From Chiloscyllium plagiosum (taxonomy: Eukaryota), in the NCBI RefSeq assembly GCF_004010195.1, contig NC_057726.1, forward strand, positions 61,896,335-61,960,334: a stretch of 64,000 bases of DNA. Reading direction: 5' to 3'. Below, piece after piece: positions 62,198 through 64,000 of this stretch (position 1 is the first letter of the stretch; every line of letters begins with the position of its first letter). The notes under the pieces were generated by a model. It was not told the origin of the DNA, made no database searches, and worked only from the letters and a program-made list of their open reading frames with translations. Position numbers and translations under genes: made by a program.

Positions 62198-64000
62198 GTT
62201 AAGCTGACACTTGATTTCTCAATTTCTTGCCTACATCCATACAATCTTCTCTGGTGTAGTAATGCTAGCTGGCACAACAGCATTCAATGAAAAGGATTGT
62301 ATTGAATCACGTTGTTGGAACTATTAATGAAATCTTCAAATTGATAAATTGTTGAAAATGAAAGCAAATGCTTGCATGAACAGCATAAGCAAGGATTTAG
62401 TCAAACGGCATTACTGTCCAGAAACCTGACGTAAAATTCAATGTTTATTCATTGAACTAGTTTTAAGATATCGAGACTGAGAGCTAACCCTTGTTTTCAT
62501 TTCGTTTTGGTCTCCATGTTAACATTTTCAAAGTCAGTGTGTTCCTGTAAAATTGAACTTTGCACCTAGTGGTAAAAAAAAGACCTACTTTAATAAAATG
62601 AGCAAAGGGTGTTAATAACACGCAAGATAATATCGATGATAATTCTTTGCCAAAGCAGAATAATGTTTGACTAACATTTTTGGACAACCTTTTTTAAAAG
62701 TGGATACTCTTAAATAAACTACCAATTTTGCACACTAGAATGCTAAATTTGTCTTAATTTTTTGCAATGACATGACCAATGTTTCGCAATGTGAATAAAA
62801 TGACTACGTGCTGGCGATGTGATATTTCACAGTCCCTTCAGACAGATGCGGAAGTTATTTTTGTTCAGGAAGCTTCAGTTGCATTAGTGCAGATGCTAAT
62901 ATTGAAACCCTCAGCAAAACACAAAACAAAATATGCTGCTTATAATCACATCTTTCTGTACTGAAAATATGTGAATTGTGTTTGATGTGCAATGTTGCAC
63001 TCATTAAGAGAACATGTGCTCAGAGCCTGAGAGAAGCAGACCACGAACCTATTGTTTTTTGAAGAGAAGTGACAAAAGATGGGGTGCTGCAGTCGTTTAT
63101 ATTGTAATCCAATCTAGACACAATCAAATTGCAGCATAGTACCTGATCAATTTTCATTCAAATTAAAAGTAACCCTACCCCACCTCACCTCCACCACCCC
63201 CGTTCAGTGCAGGGCATGTACCTGTTGTGCTGTGGGGAAAAATTCTTCAGGGAGTCTAGTTATGTTGTTGAAAGTGTACAAATTTGTTTTCAGTAAAGTA
63301 ATTATAAATTAATAAGGAACATAAAATCAAATAGTACAATATTCTATAGATAGCTAAAAAGGACAAATATATGATTCGCAAAGAGAACTGGGTGCGCTTG
63401 CAGACAGAAATCAGACAAAATGTAATAGCAAATTAGGAATAGATGGAGAAACCTTGTGACTATCTTTATGGAGGAAAATGCAAGAAATGTCCCAAGTATA
63501 ATAGAAATCGAAGAGATTGATGGCAATGCGTTACTGAAATAAATTAATCTTGGTAAGGACGTGGCATTGGAAAAAAGAATGAGACTGAAATTTGGTAAGT
63601 CCCAGAGACCCAATTATGTACTTCTGGAGTGTTTAAATAGGTCGTTTTATTGATAGAGGATGCATTCCTTGTGTTATACATCAGACCAGATCTCCTCAAA
63701 ATACTTTAAGAAGTTAACCTCGACCCTGACTTTTTCTTATTTTGAAGGTAGATGTGAAATGAATGCTCCAGATGTGATGCAACTGGTCAAACCACGCTGC
63801 TTTAAGCAAAACGGATTAAAAAAAATTATAGTTGAAACATGAACAAAAGAAAGTGGAATTTAAAATAACTTAACTATTGGAAAACTTAACCTACCCGATG
63901 CAGCAACTTTACTAATTAACTGTTCTTATATTCTAACACCCTATAAACACGCGTCTTGGCAAAAAGTTAAATTTAGATCCAGATTCTTACAGACTGGAGG

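Noticed and set aside
1-64000. V(D)J recombination signal sequences, V/J segments, tRNA genes, CRISPR arrays
   Set aside because: The CACAGTG/CACTGTG heptamers I spotted lack correctly spaced nonamers and mostly lie in repeats; tRNA-like boxes belong to SINEs; no regular repeat-spacer array. Manual scan only.

Overview
AT-rich, CpG-depleted vertebrate genomic DNA, almost certainly a shark or other elasmobranch: it carries HE1-type tRNA/V-SINEs and HER1/CR1 LINEs (species not determinable here). Mostly repeats. One apparently intact + strand Ig-superfamily membrane gene is present as its last three recognisable exons: C1-set domain 1921-2217, TM 6700-6813 and cytoplasmic tail 14631-14833; its 5' exons lie upstream of the window. 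A decayed same-strand paralog lies downstream (C1 relic from 43568, TM exon 49987-50100 with a stop), implying a tandem birth-and-death immune-receptor cluster (B7-H6/SIRP/tapasin-related type; identity unresolved). Repeats include many CR1 LINE fragments, two SINEs, a Rex1/Babar LINE, solo LTRs, a Gmr1-like Gypsy element with SCAN-like Gag, and Harbinger Myb/SANT relics. The most unusual signal is about 12 short insertions, mostly fold-back, in three sequence families; many have 7-17 bp direct repeats. The best-preserved copies carry a minimal hammerhead-ribozyme core (CTGANGA-A-stem II-GAAA-palindrome-UH) with covarying stem II, consistent with non-autonomous Penelope-like (PLE) retroelements. 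All translations, alignments and counts were done by eye; repeat boundaries are approximate.
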